Below, piece after piece: positions 1-14,200 of a DNA stretch of 64,000 nucleotides. Both the position numbers and the translations under genes were made by a program. Numbering within the stretch: the first letter of the stretch is position 1; each line of letters starts with the position of its first letter. The notes beneath the pieces are model-generated. The model was not told the DNA's origin, made no database searches, and saw nothing but the letters and a program-made list of their open reading frames with translations. The DNA comes from Amoebophrya sp. A120 (Eukaryota; Protista; Dinoflagellata), in assembly GCA_905178155.1 (NCBI GenBank), contig CAJINV010000015.1:1237495-1301494 (forward strand). The letters run 5' to 3'.

Positions 1-229
1 ACATGACCCGTGATGTCTGCAATGTATTCCCTAGCATCACAAACTTTCTGAGTGGTTCTTGATCTTGTTGCCTATTGCGCACGAGAAATCATGCTCTGTC
101 GGCGTTGTAACAAAGAAAACCAAAACTAGACTTCTCTTGCTGCTCGGGCAATACAAATTTTTCTGGAATCCAAAAGCAGCATCAGAAGATCCACTTTTCC
201 ATACCCAGACTACGTATTTGCAGTTGATA
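1..229. mobile_element. Introner family A, partial
   Basis: Right TIR ttccatacccagac...tttgcagttgata. Confidence 0.7.
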
Positions 230-913
230 CTGCTGCGGCTGCTGGAATTGCGCCGGTGGATGCTGCTGCACGAAGTGTTGCTGCTGCAGCCCCGCCACGC
301 CCGCTAGGTTGTTGATAATTGTACCGTCCGAGCCGAGCTGCTGCTGCAGATTAGTGTTATTCGGGTTTATTTCGTTGTTATGCAATTGCGCGGCGTTGTT
401 CGGGTGCAATAGACCCGGCGTTGTCGCGGTCGGGCAGCCGCCGTCGGCCGCGGGCGGTGGTGGGGGGAACTGCTGTTGAAGCAATGGCATGGTATTCATG
501 ATGATGTTAGTCGGTGGGGGCTGATGAAACACCATTGGATTATGTGGAGCACCAAACATCAGCTGACTGCTCTGGTGCAGCAGATTACTATTCGGAGGGT
601 CCACGACGACCGCCGCGCCGCCACCCCCGAATTGACAATGCCCTTGCTGTTCTTGCTCCTTTTTCCAGATTGCCATCAGCGGGTTAGTACTTGTCAAATC
701 ACTTGGCGTCGCAGCCAGCGCGTTCGGCGTACCTGTGGACTGAGGGACAACGGGCGGTATGTGATCCATGGGGAATGGTTTCAACCCCGGGAAACAAGAC
801 CCAGAGTTGTTTTGCTGACTTCCGCTCCCACCGCCTCCACCTGGGGGGGTCGCGTGGGAGGCTGCTCCGCCGGAACCGTGGGAGGGCAACATGCTCGTCG
901 TGCTCGGCGACAA
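230..913 (-). CDS. Exon of a Q/P/N/G-rich low-complexity protein, continuing off the left edge
   Basis: ORF 182-913; the frame runs into a family-A introner terminus at 229. Confidence 0.65.
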
Positions 914-3900
914 AAATATCCAGCAAAAAGAACATTGTAACTTTCACTTTGTGATGCTGGTGCGCAAGAATCAATAATAAAACGCGCGAGAACAAATAAC
1001 GGTTGCGTCTGTCGACCTCAACTACATGCTGGCCTTGGTCATGCCTAATTGCAAGGTCCACGACCATGCAAGTGTGTTTCCAACACGACGAAGTACAACT
1101 TGTGTGGGCATGGCAGGCCTTCTTTGCTGTCCTGTTCGCTGGTGAAGAAGACACACAGATTTGCACTTGTCTTTGCTGTTCACCCCCACAAAAAAAGTTT
1201 AAGTACTTCTACAATCTCTTTTTCTTGGATAGAGAAGGAGTTCGGCTTCGGCGGGGTATTTTCGGATAATTCAATTTGAGTTCATCTTCCTGGTGGTCCT
1301 CCGCGCCACCGAACAGCTACATGAGGTGGCACTAGTTGCGAAGGTTTTTGGTTTTGCTTTTGCCCGGCCGTCGGGAACTACGAAAATAAACCCGCATGAT
1401 TTTCAGTCGTTGAATTGTCGAAGAACTAGTCCAACACGATGTCTGGTTTATCTTCGATTTTGTTGACGGCGGCCTGGTCTCCCCCTCCGCGCTCCGGGTC
1501 GAAGAGTGAGGTTGTTGATTGTAGGTGGAACTGAAAGAATTATATGTTTCCGTGCTGCTACTGGTTTCTTGAACACCGGGCTCTTGTGGCCGGGAGAGCG
1601 GGAAGTAGAACTGCTACTACAGCTGCTGCCCGGTAAATAATGAATACGTACTTTTGATGCTGCTACTGTATCCTGTGGAAACACGTCCCCGCCACCCCGC
1701 CATCAAAGCTGTCATGCAAATCTGCAAGTCTACAACATTTCTCCTGCGCAGTCTGCAAGTTATAGCTCTTCCTGCTCCTCCTGCAGATCTTTCATCCTCG
1801 GAGGTCGGTTATTCTTCACGACGATCTGCAGTCGGGTAGAAGAGGTCGAGGTCGTCCTTCTATAACGCTGTGTAGAAGTTGTAGAACTACCTTCTGCCGT
1901 AGTACCTCTTGCGGCATCTCCTCCCGGCTTCGGAGCATCACCATCTTGTTGGGGAAAATCTCAAAAAAAAAACCGATCAGCGCTTTTTACCGGAAAAAGT
2001 CACGGACCCGATTGCTCCGACTCTGATTTAGTGACGATAGATAGAGTAATACTTCTTGTTAGTCTTACACGACTTATGTAGATATGTATTTTTGTTTTTC
2101 TCAAATTTTAGAAATACTTTTCTGCCGAAATTTTTAATATATTTACCTGCTAGTTGTAATGCCGCTCGTCGCAACAGTATTTCTTTTCCGACTCTAAAGA
2201 ATCTTTCCCTACTTATTCTTTCTGTCGGTTATCTATCAAATTTTCCGTTTACGGAAAACGTTCGCCTTTTTTTTCTTCGTGACAGTGACGTACTCACATC
2301 AATCACGCAAAATTAATATATTGCTGCCGGGACCATAAGGTCATCTATGAAAGACCTCAATAAAACAAATAGAATACTTAATACAAAAAAAAGACTCTTC
2401 ACTACTTGTCAAGTCCGCGGAACGGTTTCTTTCGTATCAACACTTCCGAATCAGATTCGCCAAAGAGGCAAAAATTTGATTACAAAACGACTTGATTGTC
2501 AAGTCCGGGGCGTTCTTCTTCTTCTTTGAAGCGCTGCCAGAACGCCGCTGCGGCAAAGAAAATAGCCTTGCAAGCCCTGCCAGATGAACGCCGCTGCGGC
2601 AAAGGAAATAGCGTTGGTATCTGAGTTTGTGTATTTTCACAAGTACTTAACTTATTTTTCTGAAGCGGCAGGTGCGAGAATAGAAGTCTCAAGCTGCGAG
2701 AAATCTCAATGAAAGGCAAAAACTTGGTGCTGTGTCCCACTTCAGCGATCTACAACAACTTCGGGAAAACTTTATTATTGCCGGACTGTGGACACTTTTC
2801 GTTTTTATTTCTAGTTCTATAGATTCTTGAAACCCTCAAGAAAGAATCAGAGAAAATTCTTCAAATTATGACAGAGCCAAGGAGTTCTTTTTTCTAATAA
2901 TTCTATTTTTCTTGTTGATTCTAGTGCCCTGAAAACGACAAAGTACGGATAGCACAGCACAAACACTAGGAAAGCATATCACGTTGCGGTTTTCTCCAAA
3001 TGCCTAAATGAGTTGCTGTTCCCTATCCCTCCTCGTGCTGCAAATGATCACCTTCTATTACTAACTTATTTTTCACCCCTCTGCATGACAAGAATCAAGC
3101 GGGGGTTGGAAACGAATTGCTCTCCTCCTAGTGCGCAGAGAAATATTTATCTACTTTCGAAATACAATTTTTTTCTTGGACAACTTTCATCTTCTTTTTT
3201 TTATCAGCTGCTTCACAAGATGCAGAGTCGCTGTCTGGGCGGAGGTAGAGGAGAGTGTTTATTGTCACAAAGCTCAGTTGCAGCAGAAGTGTTGTCCAAA
3301 ATCCGAGGTCGTTCTGACCTTTACTTCTACGCGTCAAGATCACAGTCACGAACCATGACGCTCCTTCTACTTGTCCAACTTGTAAGTAGTGGTCTGCAAC
3401 GCTCTTACTGTGATAAGATAAGTACCAAGACCAAAACATCAAGAACATCCGCCTCGTACTCGTTTAGGACATAAGAAAATGATCCGCGTAAAGAAGTCTG
3501 CTCCTCATGGTTGAGAAGTCATGTTGTGGTCGGATAACAAGGAAAATTCATATGCATAAAAAAACCTAGTGTAGAAAGCTATTGGACCACTTTTCTCCTC
3601 TGTGCCGCTTCTTCTCGTCTAGTCCTCTTAACCACCAGAGCGACCTAGTGGCGCTGTGATCAGATCAGAGGTGTCAGCCCACGTGACGCCGTTGGAGCCG
3701 TTGGAGTGGGGCGTACTCGGGGCTGTAAGAGCTCCGGCGAGTGCTTTCATGAGCTAAGCTTGACCACGCTTACTGCTATAGTAGAGGCGGCTAACGATGA
3801 ACCTGCACCCCTCCCTCGTGTCATACAAACCCCGGGCTTAAGATCAACATGCTTACAGGGGGGACGGGGAAATAGCCCAACCCTGGCAGGTCCACCGAGA

Positions 3901-6816
3901 GTCTTATACTGGCCAATGTAATAACTTCACGCGCCAGACGGGAGCACACGTCAGCAGTCAGGCAATCCTAACCACCACGCACGCAAGCAGTCAGGCAATC
4001 CTAACCACCACGTCGGATCTATTCTATCTGTGTCCTCGCATTTATGGGATCCAAAGTTCGGTGTGCGTTGTTCGTACTTCGCTTGGAAACCTCCGAGGAA
4101 CAAGAATGGAGTCACAAAATCCAGCCTTTCTCTACTTTTCTTCAACACATTTGAAGAACAAGAACACCCATCGAGACGTCGCGTTTTTTCTTTGTCGTTC
4201 TTGCAAGTGGTCTGCGTTTTTCTTCATGTCGTGCCAAGTTGGAGTCTACTATCATTCTGATGGGCTTCATCTCTACTTAGGAAACTTCTCGCCCACGTCC
4301 CTGACATCTTCACGTTGTCCAGCTTGACAGATTCAGATTTTCCGGCAGCTGTTCCAACATTTTCTCACTTTCCAGAACTGATTGTCATTTCCTGGCACAG
4401 GCACACAGTGTCCTCGCAACTTCCAACTACATGAAGTGGCCGACCGGTGTGAAACTTTGTGATAGATATAGCTATTGCTATAGACGAGTAATTATGCTAA
4501 TGTCAATTCTTTAGGTACTCAGAAATAAAAGTCGGAATGCCGTAGGAAGAGCAGCAAAAAAAAAAAACGACTTAGACTCAAGATGAGATAAGATAAAGAG
4601 ACAAAAAAGAGGTAGAATCATAGTTGCTAAAATCGAAAAAAAAACCGAGAGAAAACTAGCAATGACTTTGAAACGATGATGTTTATGTGTAAAGCGGAAA
4701 ACTAAAATTTGGTTGAGAAACTAAAATTAAGACGTGCAATTTTTCAAATGTGTCCAACTTGATGACATGGTTTATTCATTGAATAGGAATACACGGTGAA
4801 CGTTCGGAATAAAGCGAAATAATTTTTGAGAAAAAAAACTCACTCGACTCTCATGACAATGAGAATCGTAGCTGAAATTGTTTTGAAAAAGCAAATACGT
4901 GCGATGACTTCGAAATATTCTTGATGTGTGAAGCAAAAAAAAAATTAGAAATGTAGAAAAATAAAATGAAGAATTGCTTTAATCCCTTCACTTTGGCACG
5001 ACAGGGCACATTTGTCATGCGTCTGCGAACTTGATCAGTAGAGCATGCTCTTGCACGCTTTTCTAGCAAAATGAGCAGTCGTGTGCCTGTCCCTGGTGCG
5101 GTGCAGAATCTGGAACTGCATTTCAACTCTCTAGTAAAACTGCTTTTCTTTTCCTGTACTTTCTTACTGTTGTCGGGCGATCGGACATGTCGCGTTTTTG
5201 CAGCTTTTCTTCGCGGGTATTAGAGAAAAAAGCGCCCCACTCCCTCCTCCAGACGGCTGGGGCTGGCGAAATGTTTCTATTGCAAAGTAGCTTCTCTACC
5301 GATAACTTTACTTGTCCTGCAGAAAACTACGCTTGGGTTCTTTGGGACGCGTTTTTTTTTCGGCGCGTTTATCGATAGCAAAAATATGCAGCCCTAACTA
5401 CAACTTCATGAAATAAACCGGCCCCCCTTACACTGGTGTGGCGCCTCACTTCTACTGTAGAAGTGGCGCGCCAAAATGTAAGGGAGGCCTGGCTGGCAGC
5501 AGCTTGTGTAGAAGTTCTACACAAGCTGCTGCCAGAAGTCCAGGTCTCAATAAATTTGTCATGTTGCAACATACAGCGAGACCCAAGATGGCGAACAATG
5601 TCGACATCTCCACATAGCTCAGTAGGAAAATAAAAATTCTGTCGCGCAACGAAACATTTCCCAACTCGCTCCGGAGTGGAGGCGGCATTTTTCATCTTCG
5701 CAAAAACGAGCTTGCTTTCTTCCAGCGCCTGGCAGCTCCTGCTCCCCCGCTTCGTCTGGCGCATGCCGCACCTCGGTTATGTGCTCCGATACCCAACGAA
5801 CGAAAAATCAAACCCAAAAACATTCTGCTTCCGCCCCCGTCGGCAAAACGGAGACATTTCAGGATACAGGCTCCACGGATATAATTACTCCACTATGAAG
5901 ATGATAATATCATGACTTCATCAAACATAGCCACCCTAGAGCCATCCACAACATGCTCATGATGCAGATTCCCGTCTCGGTCCGAGGGTTACCCAGTCGA
6001 GTCTTGCAATGTGTAATACTGCAAATATGATGAGCAAGCGGCCTTTTGATAGGACTGTCCTGGCAAATCAATCATAGGCTGCAGTCATGCGTGACTCCCA
6101 AGGATTCAAGAGGGGTGGGTACGTTTTTACACAGGACACACGGCCCTTGCCGCGATTCATGGTCCTCTTGCAGCTGCAAGATGCCTACAACTACATTTAC
6201 GCCATATATAAAAATCGTGTCTACGAGGGCCCGGATGCTGCGATCCGAATCGCGCTCGCATTCCGTAAAAAACAGGAAGGCAGACTCCTACTAGAGCGGA
6301 CTACTCACCCAAAATATGAATACTTATCGGCGACGCTTCGCAGTTTCACAAATGCGCCCCTACCTTTTCTGGAGTAGCAATACAAATTTTTCCCGCCCCT
6401 TGCTTCCATTGCCGTAGTGCAAATCGCGTAGAGGCAGCTGCGCCCGGCCGCGCATGGAAACAAAGCGCGTACCTTGGTAGCTGCTTCGCGCCACAGATAT
6501 TCTGTTTTTAGTGACACCGCCACCAGTACAAAGACATGAAAACAGCTAAGGCATGGAAATACTCCCCCGTGTGATGCTGAAGGCGTACGCCATTGCCGGT
6601 CTGGTATGGCATATGGCTTGCGCCATTCAGGCGCAGGGGGATGCAAAACGCACCCACCCGGGTCCGTCTTCGGCCGGTTTTGATTTTTCAAAGACGGCCC
6701 CCCGCCTCCAACACTGCGAGCACCAATCCCGATCGGCATGCTCATGAATCACGCGCAAGAACTCGCAACGCGACTTCCCGGCAGAGAGGAAAGCGAAAGC
6801 CATTTTTAACTACGCA

Positions 6817-8262
6817 TTACAGATGCTGTAGACGCACACACGCCGTTTTCCTTCGCGGGAGAGCTAGTATGCCTTGCCTCCAGGAGTGCAGAAACAGAAC
6901 GAAAATGCTTTCACAGGCATATCGGGCGGGCGCGACGTACGTGCCTGTGTCCCTGAGCAGCGGGGCTGGTGGATGCCGAGAGGGGCCCGACCAAATCTGG
7001 TTCCCGTACATTAAAACGACGCGCGTGCGGTTCAAGGTCAGGGCGAGGTTGCCGTACGCCAACCAGAAATGCGTAAGCGGCGCCTCGGTACGTGCGGCAC
7101 GCGCCGCACCCTGGTTAAGGTCAGTTTGCTCAAAAACCATTCCGCGGACGTAGTGTGGGTCTTGGGCGACTTCTCGTGGTGGTGGCGGAGATTGAGATGG
7201 AGGAAGATGTGGCTGCTGACCTCCAGGTTGTGGCGGGTGACCTGGTGTGGTACCGAGGCCTGCGAGGAGACTCGGCATACCTCCGAAAATCGAGCCCTGG
7301 TAACCACCACCACCGCCGGGTGGTGGTGGTTGCCCGTATCCGCCGCCGGGTGGTGGTGGTGGCCCGTATCCGCCGCCGCCGGATGTGGGGGAAAGACGCG
7401 GCGGGGGCGGCGGCGGCGCTTCCGCTGCTGCAGCTGACGCTGCTGCTGCCGCCTGCTGCTGACGCTGCCGCTCGTTGTCTTGTTCTACTGCAGCCTGGAG
7501 GGCGTCGTTTGCCTGCTTTTTACGCACCGCAAGTACCCCTAAGGCCTTCTGCCCACTTGTCGGATCGACATCCAAGAAATATCTGCGCATATTCTTGGCC
7601 AGCTGCGATAATTCTTGTTTGCCATACCATGATCCCGTGGCCGTCATTCTATCTGGGGCGAAAGCTGTCCACGCAGTCAGGTTCTCTTCGGTTATTGCCG
7701 AGGCGGGCTTGTTTCTTTCCTTCTCTTGATTCTCTTTTACCAACTTCTCGGCGCTTTCGATATGATCTATCGCCGTTTTACACAAGCGTTGGCGCTGCGC
7801 CAGCGGCATCGCCTGACGCATGTCTATGCAAGGATTGAAATGCTTCATCCGTTCGTTCGTAATGCCATCGATAGCATCGGTAAGTTTGGCCGCTTCGTCG
7901 AGTCCCTTACCTAGCCTGTTTTGGATATCCTGGCCCGTCGTGCGGTCCAGATTTTCAAAGCTCGTCTTGTGCTTTGTATACACTGCCTGAAACGACTGAC
8001 CCACATTAGGGGATCTGCCATAGAGACTATTCGGGCGCAGGCTGGAGTTTTCGTGCAGGCGCTTTCCTATGTCATTCGTGAGCAACTGCCACCGCGTCTG
8101 CAAATTGCCGTGCAACTGCCGTTTCGTTTCTTCGTAATCTTTTTGCAACAAACGTTGAAGCGTAGCCGCAGTTGCACCTGGTCCAAGCTCCTGGTCCAAT
8201 CTGCTCCTGATCCGTTCATACTCGATTTCGGACGCTTCGACTGCTTTCGCCCATTCCGCGTC
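6817..8262 (-). CDS. Terminal region of gene 2: helical repeat followed by GGGYGPPPPP-type Pro/Gly-rich tract
   Basis: 460-aa ORF 6817-8199, open upstream (AEWAKAVEASEIEYERIRSRL); contains the LHGNLQTRWQLL motif; boundaries approximate. Confidence 0.7.
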   Translation of the reverse strand, partial: DAEWAKAVEASEIEYERIRSRLDQELGPGATAATLQRLLQKDYEETKRQLHGNLQTRWQLLTNDIGKRLHENSSLRPNSLYGRSPNVGQSFQAVYTKHKTSFENLDRTTGQDIQNRLGKGLDEAAKLTDAIDGITNERMKHFNPCIDMRQAMPLAQRQRLCKTAIDHIESAEKLVKENQEKERNKPASAITEENLTAWTAFAPDRMTATGSWYGKQELSQLAKNMRRYFLDVDPTSGQKALGVLAVRKKQANDALQAAVEQDNERQRQQQAAAAASAAAAEAPPPPPPRLSPTSGGGGYGPPPPPGGGYGQPPPPGGGGGYQGSIFGGMPSLLAGLGTTPGHPPQPGGQQPHLPPSQSPPPPREVAQDPHYVRGMVFEQTDLNQGAARAARTEAPLTHFWLAYGNLALTLNRTRVVLMYGNQIWSGPSRHPPAPLLRDTGTYVAPARYACESIFVLFLHSWRQGILALPRRKTACVRLQHL

Positions 8263-11200
8263 AGCGTTTTGCTGCTGCTTTTGTCACCCAAAAAACCCTC
8301 ATCACTGTAGTTCCGGCTTCGACCACTTTTGCTTTACTTACTTTATATATTGTTTGTTCGGGTGAACTGAAAGTCAGTGATCGTTCTTCTGCATGACAAA
8401 CTTCGCGGTACTAGTATTGGCAACATACAAAATAAATACCCAACAAAGAAAAAGAGCTGCTTGGCCCCCCTGCACAGCGTCTGGCCCTAGACACCTCCTG
8501 TCCTCCTTCCCCACCGACACGACCATGCCTTCATCCCCTCATCTACTTCTTACTTTCCCGATGCGATAGCAAGAACGGGCCCACAGTGACGCGGTTTTTC
8601 TGGTCGGTAACTTGATGGCTGTTTACGATTGTGATTGGGGAAGTCGATTTTCTACTTCAGATTGGTATTTATTGCTGGCTCGACCCCTGCTCCAGGCACG
8701 CGGTACTGAGCAAAGGGCCCAGCGCGCTCGCCCATGCGAGTGGCGCAGCAGGCGGCCCACAGCCACGCAGCCGCGGTCTGCGCCACAGACCATATCGATG
8801 CTACTCGTGCTGACCAGAGCATTTGTACACTCTGATATGGTTTTTAGGGTGAAAAAGCATTCGCAGCACGGGACAGACGCCACACGGGCTGTCCTCACTC
8901 GCGCGTTTCCGCGGCTGTTGGAAACAAAACGGCACAAGGCCGAGCAGGGCGGGAGTGCGGGCGAGTGCGTGTTTTGTCACGCGGGCGGCTGCGTGCTGAC
9001 CCGGCGTCGCTCCAAAACAGCGGACCTCGCGGACCTGAGACGGAACTCGTCGCTGGCCCGAAGCCCTTCTTTGTGCCCTGTGGCCAGAGCACCACGCACA
9101 CTCTGACAGGCAATAGCAGGGGCGGAGGCCGCGTAAAGTAGAAAGCTAGTGACTTATTTTTTGCTCTTGGTCTTCATTATCATATAGCGAGGAAAAATGA
9201 GTCCCGCCCCCTCCCCAGATTCAAGAAGAGCCTTGTGCCCCCGCTTGATTTGCGTTAAGTGCGTCTTGCGGCAAGGGAATCATGGAGGCGCATTCTAGGC
9301 CAACCAGGCCCGCACAGGTCTCCTGAAGTCCTCGTCCTCTGGCCCTTCAGCATCATAGATTCTCACACAACTGTAGGCATAGGCTGTTGTTGAAACGCAT
9401 TAGAAATAGCCTGTCCAAGGCTTGTTCCTGTTGGCCTTGCTCTTGCTGTCCAAGTGCAAGTAGTTGTACCTGCATTATTTCTGTACATAAATCCGCAACG
9501 CCAAATGCGTTGTCTGTCCATTTTCAATACGGGGAGGTAGGACTTTTAAAATCATGGCACTTCATCACAGGTTATCTTTTACTGCTTCTTTTTCTACTTC
9601 CCTCACCTGTTCTCCTATCGGCGATAAATGAGTCCAGCTGCTCTTTCGCCTTCGCAACCACCTGATGTTCGACCTTTTGAATTTCACCCTGGTAGTGTGC
9701 TGCATCACGTGTTCCCTGAGCGTCGACCTTGTCTTTATACTCCTCGATCACGTCTTTCTGCGCGCGAATGTTTTCTTCCAAGGGAGCCACGACGTCACGT
9801 TGGTTTGCCTCGAGGAATTTCAACTGCGCTTCGTCTTGGCAGTTGCTCACTTCAACACCACGTTGCGCGACAGCTTGCTGCAGCTGTTTCATGATCTGCG
9901 AAGTGCCAGCGCTAAGCCGCCCCATTTCTGCCCGGAAATGTTCTGGTGATGTATTTTTGTTTTTTTCATTCCCGTCTCGGAACGAGAGGAAGAGGTAGAG
10001 GACGCCGGCAGATACAATACTTTGCGAACGCCTTCGCGCCATGAGGAGTACTAGTGTCTTTATGTTTATTATTTTCATATAGACAAGAGCAAGACTGATG
10101 CAGCTTGTCCCACCTGCAAAAAATCGGCACCAAAAACGCAGTGCCAGTCCATAATTCAGGCACAGCCGGTGTTCTGAATATTAACACCAGAACTACTAGC
10201 ACTCCACTACTCTTTCGACTTTTGCTTTTGAGTCAATCTGTTCTATCACCAGCCGCAAGACATCGAATCATCAAACCCAAAACGCTGAATAAGTACTTTC
10301 TTACCTGTGGCGCGTGCTCGTTGTGCCGCTTCCTGTCACACAAAAAAATAACCGTACCACTGTAATACGGTCTTTGACTTCGTCTTTTACTTTTTCTGCC
10401 ATCCGCACGCCAGTGGTCTTCAGCTACAAAGGACTGGATGGCGCCACTCCTCGCATGACAAAGCTAGATGCACAACTTTATATGTTTGTCGAGTAAAATA
10501 AACTTTACTACGAGCTACGGAGCCAAGATACAAAAAAACTGTTCCCGGGGGTAGGAGGAAGTCGAAGTTCTGTAAAAAAATATCTATTTGTCATCCCGGA
10601 GAAAGGCTCGCGTCCGAGACGAGTGCTCTCACTTCTACAACATATTCCTTCACAGTAACGTATAAGGTGACACCTACTTACACGACACCTTTTTTCCGAT
10701 ACAGCTGTCACAGGCTGTCAGTGGTACGGTTTTCTTGGTTGATAACTCGATTTCTGTGTGTGTTTTTTGTTGATGGGGAATCAGACTTTTTGTTGTTTCT
10801 CTTTTATAGAGAAATATGCAGGGTCGGCCCAGACGCTGCATTCGCACTGTAAAAATCAAACTAATCCTTGCTTCGGTGTGCTCACCAGGTCTATCACGCG
10901 GTCTCTTCGGAAACCAGAGGACAAGATCTAAAAATAGGCGCCTGACAAGTCAAGTTGCCGCTTTTTTTTGCGCGTGGCAAAATACTTAAAACAGTGGCTC
11001 TGACGGGTCCGTACCGGGCGAGCGACTGCACTTCTAAGCATGCACTAAGCATGCTAGAAACGTCCCAACGCGAAGTATTGTCGCGCAAGATTTTAATTTT
11101 CCATGCCCAGAATGCGAATCTCTGTCATGGGCAGCTCCGAGAACATGAGGAGCATTTTCTAAGTCAACAAACTTGTCATGCTCTATATCAAGATCCGAAG

Positions 11201-14200
11201 ATCGACCTGTCGTGCAACTGCACTTCTACCCAGCCACGAATACACCGCACCCAAACGTGTCACGCACAGAAAAAGCGCCGCGTAATCTATTGCGTAGCAG
11301 ATTTCCCGATCCGGACGCTTTATTTGCAGAGGATACAGTGCCGGGTGAAAGGAGGTGGAAAGACTCTCGCCGAACGGCCGTTCTTCCCTCACTTCTCAAG
11401 GCTTTTGGTCCTGTGAACTGTGACCCCGGCCGAGGTTTCTATCAAATGCAAATACGTCTGGTGTTCGGTCTGGAATGATGCTGTCATCTCTGGATAGTCA
11501 TACTATTCATTGCAACCAATTTCATTGCGCTACAAAGGCGCCGCACCTGTTGCCCGCGCGCGGGCGCTGTGTGAAGTTGCGGCCACCCTAGGTGGCCGCG
11601 TACGTTAAGGCGTGGCGCCGCGCCCCCCCAGGGGGACGCAGAGCGGCGCATTCACTTTGAACAAACGCCCTGGTCTAGAGTGAAAAGACTTGCCGACATT
11701 CACCGCTAGGCCCTAGTTTCGTTCTTGCCTAAAGATCCAGGTATTGCGCGCAGGCGGGCGAACCAACTGCATTGCGGGAGCGGTTCTGGTAGATGTTCCG
11801 GGAGAGGGTCCGCGAGAGGGTCTGGGAGAGGTTCGGAGAGGGTCCGGGAGAGGTTCAGAGAGGGTCCCGGAGAGGGCCCGGGAGAGGGTCGGAGAGGTCC
11901 CGAGAGGGTCCTTCGAGAGGTAAAATAGAGGCGCCCGGAGAGGGTCGCGGTAGAGGGTCACATAGAGGGTCGCCCTATATTGTGGAACCTCTCCGACCCT
12001 CTGCACCCTCTCCCCCCACCCTCTACTTGACCTCTACTCAACCTCTACCCACCCTCTGCGCGCGTATAGCGCCGCTATACGGGTCCATATACGGCGCACC
12101 CTCTCCCCACCCTCTCCGTACCCCCTCGCCTGACCTCTCCCCGACCCTCTTGCTCTGGCCGACCCTCTATTTTACCTCTCCGACCCTCTGTCTGACCTCT
12201 ACGAAACCTCTCCCCAACCTCTACCGGACCCTCTCCGGCCCCAAAGTTTGCCTTATATAAATATAGTAATACGTCTGGTGTTCGGTCTGGAATGATGCTG
12301 TCATCTCTGGATAGTCATACTACAAAATACTGTCTTGCATGAGCAATATATGCGGCCCAGCTCCAGTTTTTGCGAATCAATTCGTTGTCATTCAAGAATA
12401 TAGGCATTCAGCTTCAGCATCCCCTTTATTTTTCCAGGGCATACATGACAAAATCAAAAACCGGTGGTCATGCAGAATGCGCATGACAACCTTCATTGCA
12501 CTCTCCCAGGCAGACCCACACATTATATTTGCATGTGATACTTTGTTTCCTATGCGAAGAGCAAGACAGCCGACTCCACCAGGGCGAGAGCAGGTTGGAA
12601 ACCAACACGCTAAAGAGCTATGAAAACGAAACATCCCAGCACACCACCAGAAACCCAGACTGTTTGTCTTGTAAACTAAAACTTTCCACACGGAAGATGA
12701 TGATGAAACAAGTCTTTGTATAATTGCATGAAAAGGAAAATGCGAGGCATTTTGTTTCGGAATCTGAGCCAGACATGCTTTTTCGATAGGACAGACACTA
12801 TGGCGCTGTCCATGTCCAACTCAGCCTTCTCCTTCATCAGCTATTCTGGTTTGCAAACTTGTCATGCTGATAGATGCAAAGTGGCAAATGCTTCCATTGG
12901 GAACTTTTGCAGCCCAAACACGTCCACATTCTGGGGTGCGGGCCCTGGCCCTTTTCAATACGATAAGAGGAGGCTTCGCCACGAACAACACCCTGCCTTG
13001 TTGTTGTCAGTGTGCATTGCAAGAAGACAGGCCGCCCCGCGAAACGGGTGCGCTACAAGCGTGCCGTCCGCAACAAGAGGATCAACATCTTTTTGGATGG
13101 CTAGTAAGATCGGACCCTCGTTCCCTTTTTAATTTTAAAACCTCGCCGAGTCGCTCTCCGGCTGAGACAAACAGAGCGGGGCAGAGGAACAAGGCGAACG
13201 GGACAGCTGACGTCCGTGATTCATATTCATTCCGCCTATCTTGCTCTTTCTCGAGATACATATAAAACAACGCTGCAGTTTGTTAAAAATACTACACTCC
13301 TTACCGCCTTGTCTATTCGCGGCCAGATCCCCAAGGAATTCTCTCCATTTCTTGGCAGATTCCTTGGCGGTCTGAGTAGCGACGCGAAATTGATCGGCCT
13401 CTAACATGAGGAGCCCTTGCACTGCTTTATTGTCTCTGGCAATCTTCTATCAAGTGCAAATATGTCTGGGTCTGGAAGGATGCAAGGTCTGTCATGCATA
13501 TTTTGAATAGCTCGCGATGTCTTGTCCGTGATGCATGCCCTAGCATCACAGATTTTTTGCGGGCTTTTTGATGCCTACTCCGCATGGGAAATGCCCTCTC
13601 CGCGGAGCAACAACTGGACCTCTCCTGCTCCTCATGCACCACAGATTTTTTCTGAATCCAAAGGCAGCATCACAGGCTTTCACTCTTCCAGACCCAGACA
13701 TATTTGCAATGCATATCTGCGAAAGAACGCCTTCCCCTCGCCCGACTGCATTGTCCAAAGGGATCACGAACTGCGTGTCGGCCTCGTATAAAAATGAAAA
13801 AAAGCCCCCAGCTGATACTCAAGCGAAGACTGGTGGCGTAGCATGATTTGCTATCCTCAGTCCGGTTGTCATGTCCTCACAGGGGTAGAAGTAATGCGGA
13901 CCGTAGTGCTGCCTGGCATAAAGAAGCGCTCGCGTGGCGTGTTCAGCATGACAGCAGGCAGCAACGGCATTACCATGACAAATCGCCTGCAAACTAGATC
14001 GCAAGCGTGCCCCTGTGCCTCTGCGCAATAAAACTCGACGGAGTGGCGTTCGCGAATCCGGCATCATGCAAGTCTACGGCTGAATATGCGAAGGAGGCGC
14101 TTTTCCTCACAGTAAGTTCGTGCGCCATTGTTCGGCGTCGGTGGCATGGTTCAACTCGCTGTCAGGATTCTACTATCCTGAGGACAAACACCCCCACCCC

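Noticed and set aside
2400-4015. Short tandem duplications (~2541-2612, ~3954-4012); similar ones at ~24281-24321 and ~42800-42843
   Set aside because: Two-copy slippage-type repeats with no further structure
6087-6377. Plus-strand 96-aa ORF with protein-like composition
   Set aside because: No ATG start, splice context or recognisable homology; cannot be supported without a search
11713-12260. ORFs 11793-12260 and 11713-12006
   Set aside because: Low-complexity translations of the GAGAGGG/CCCTCTC arrays
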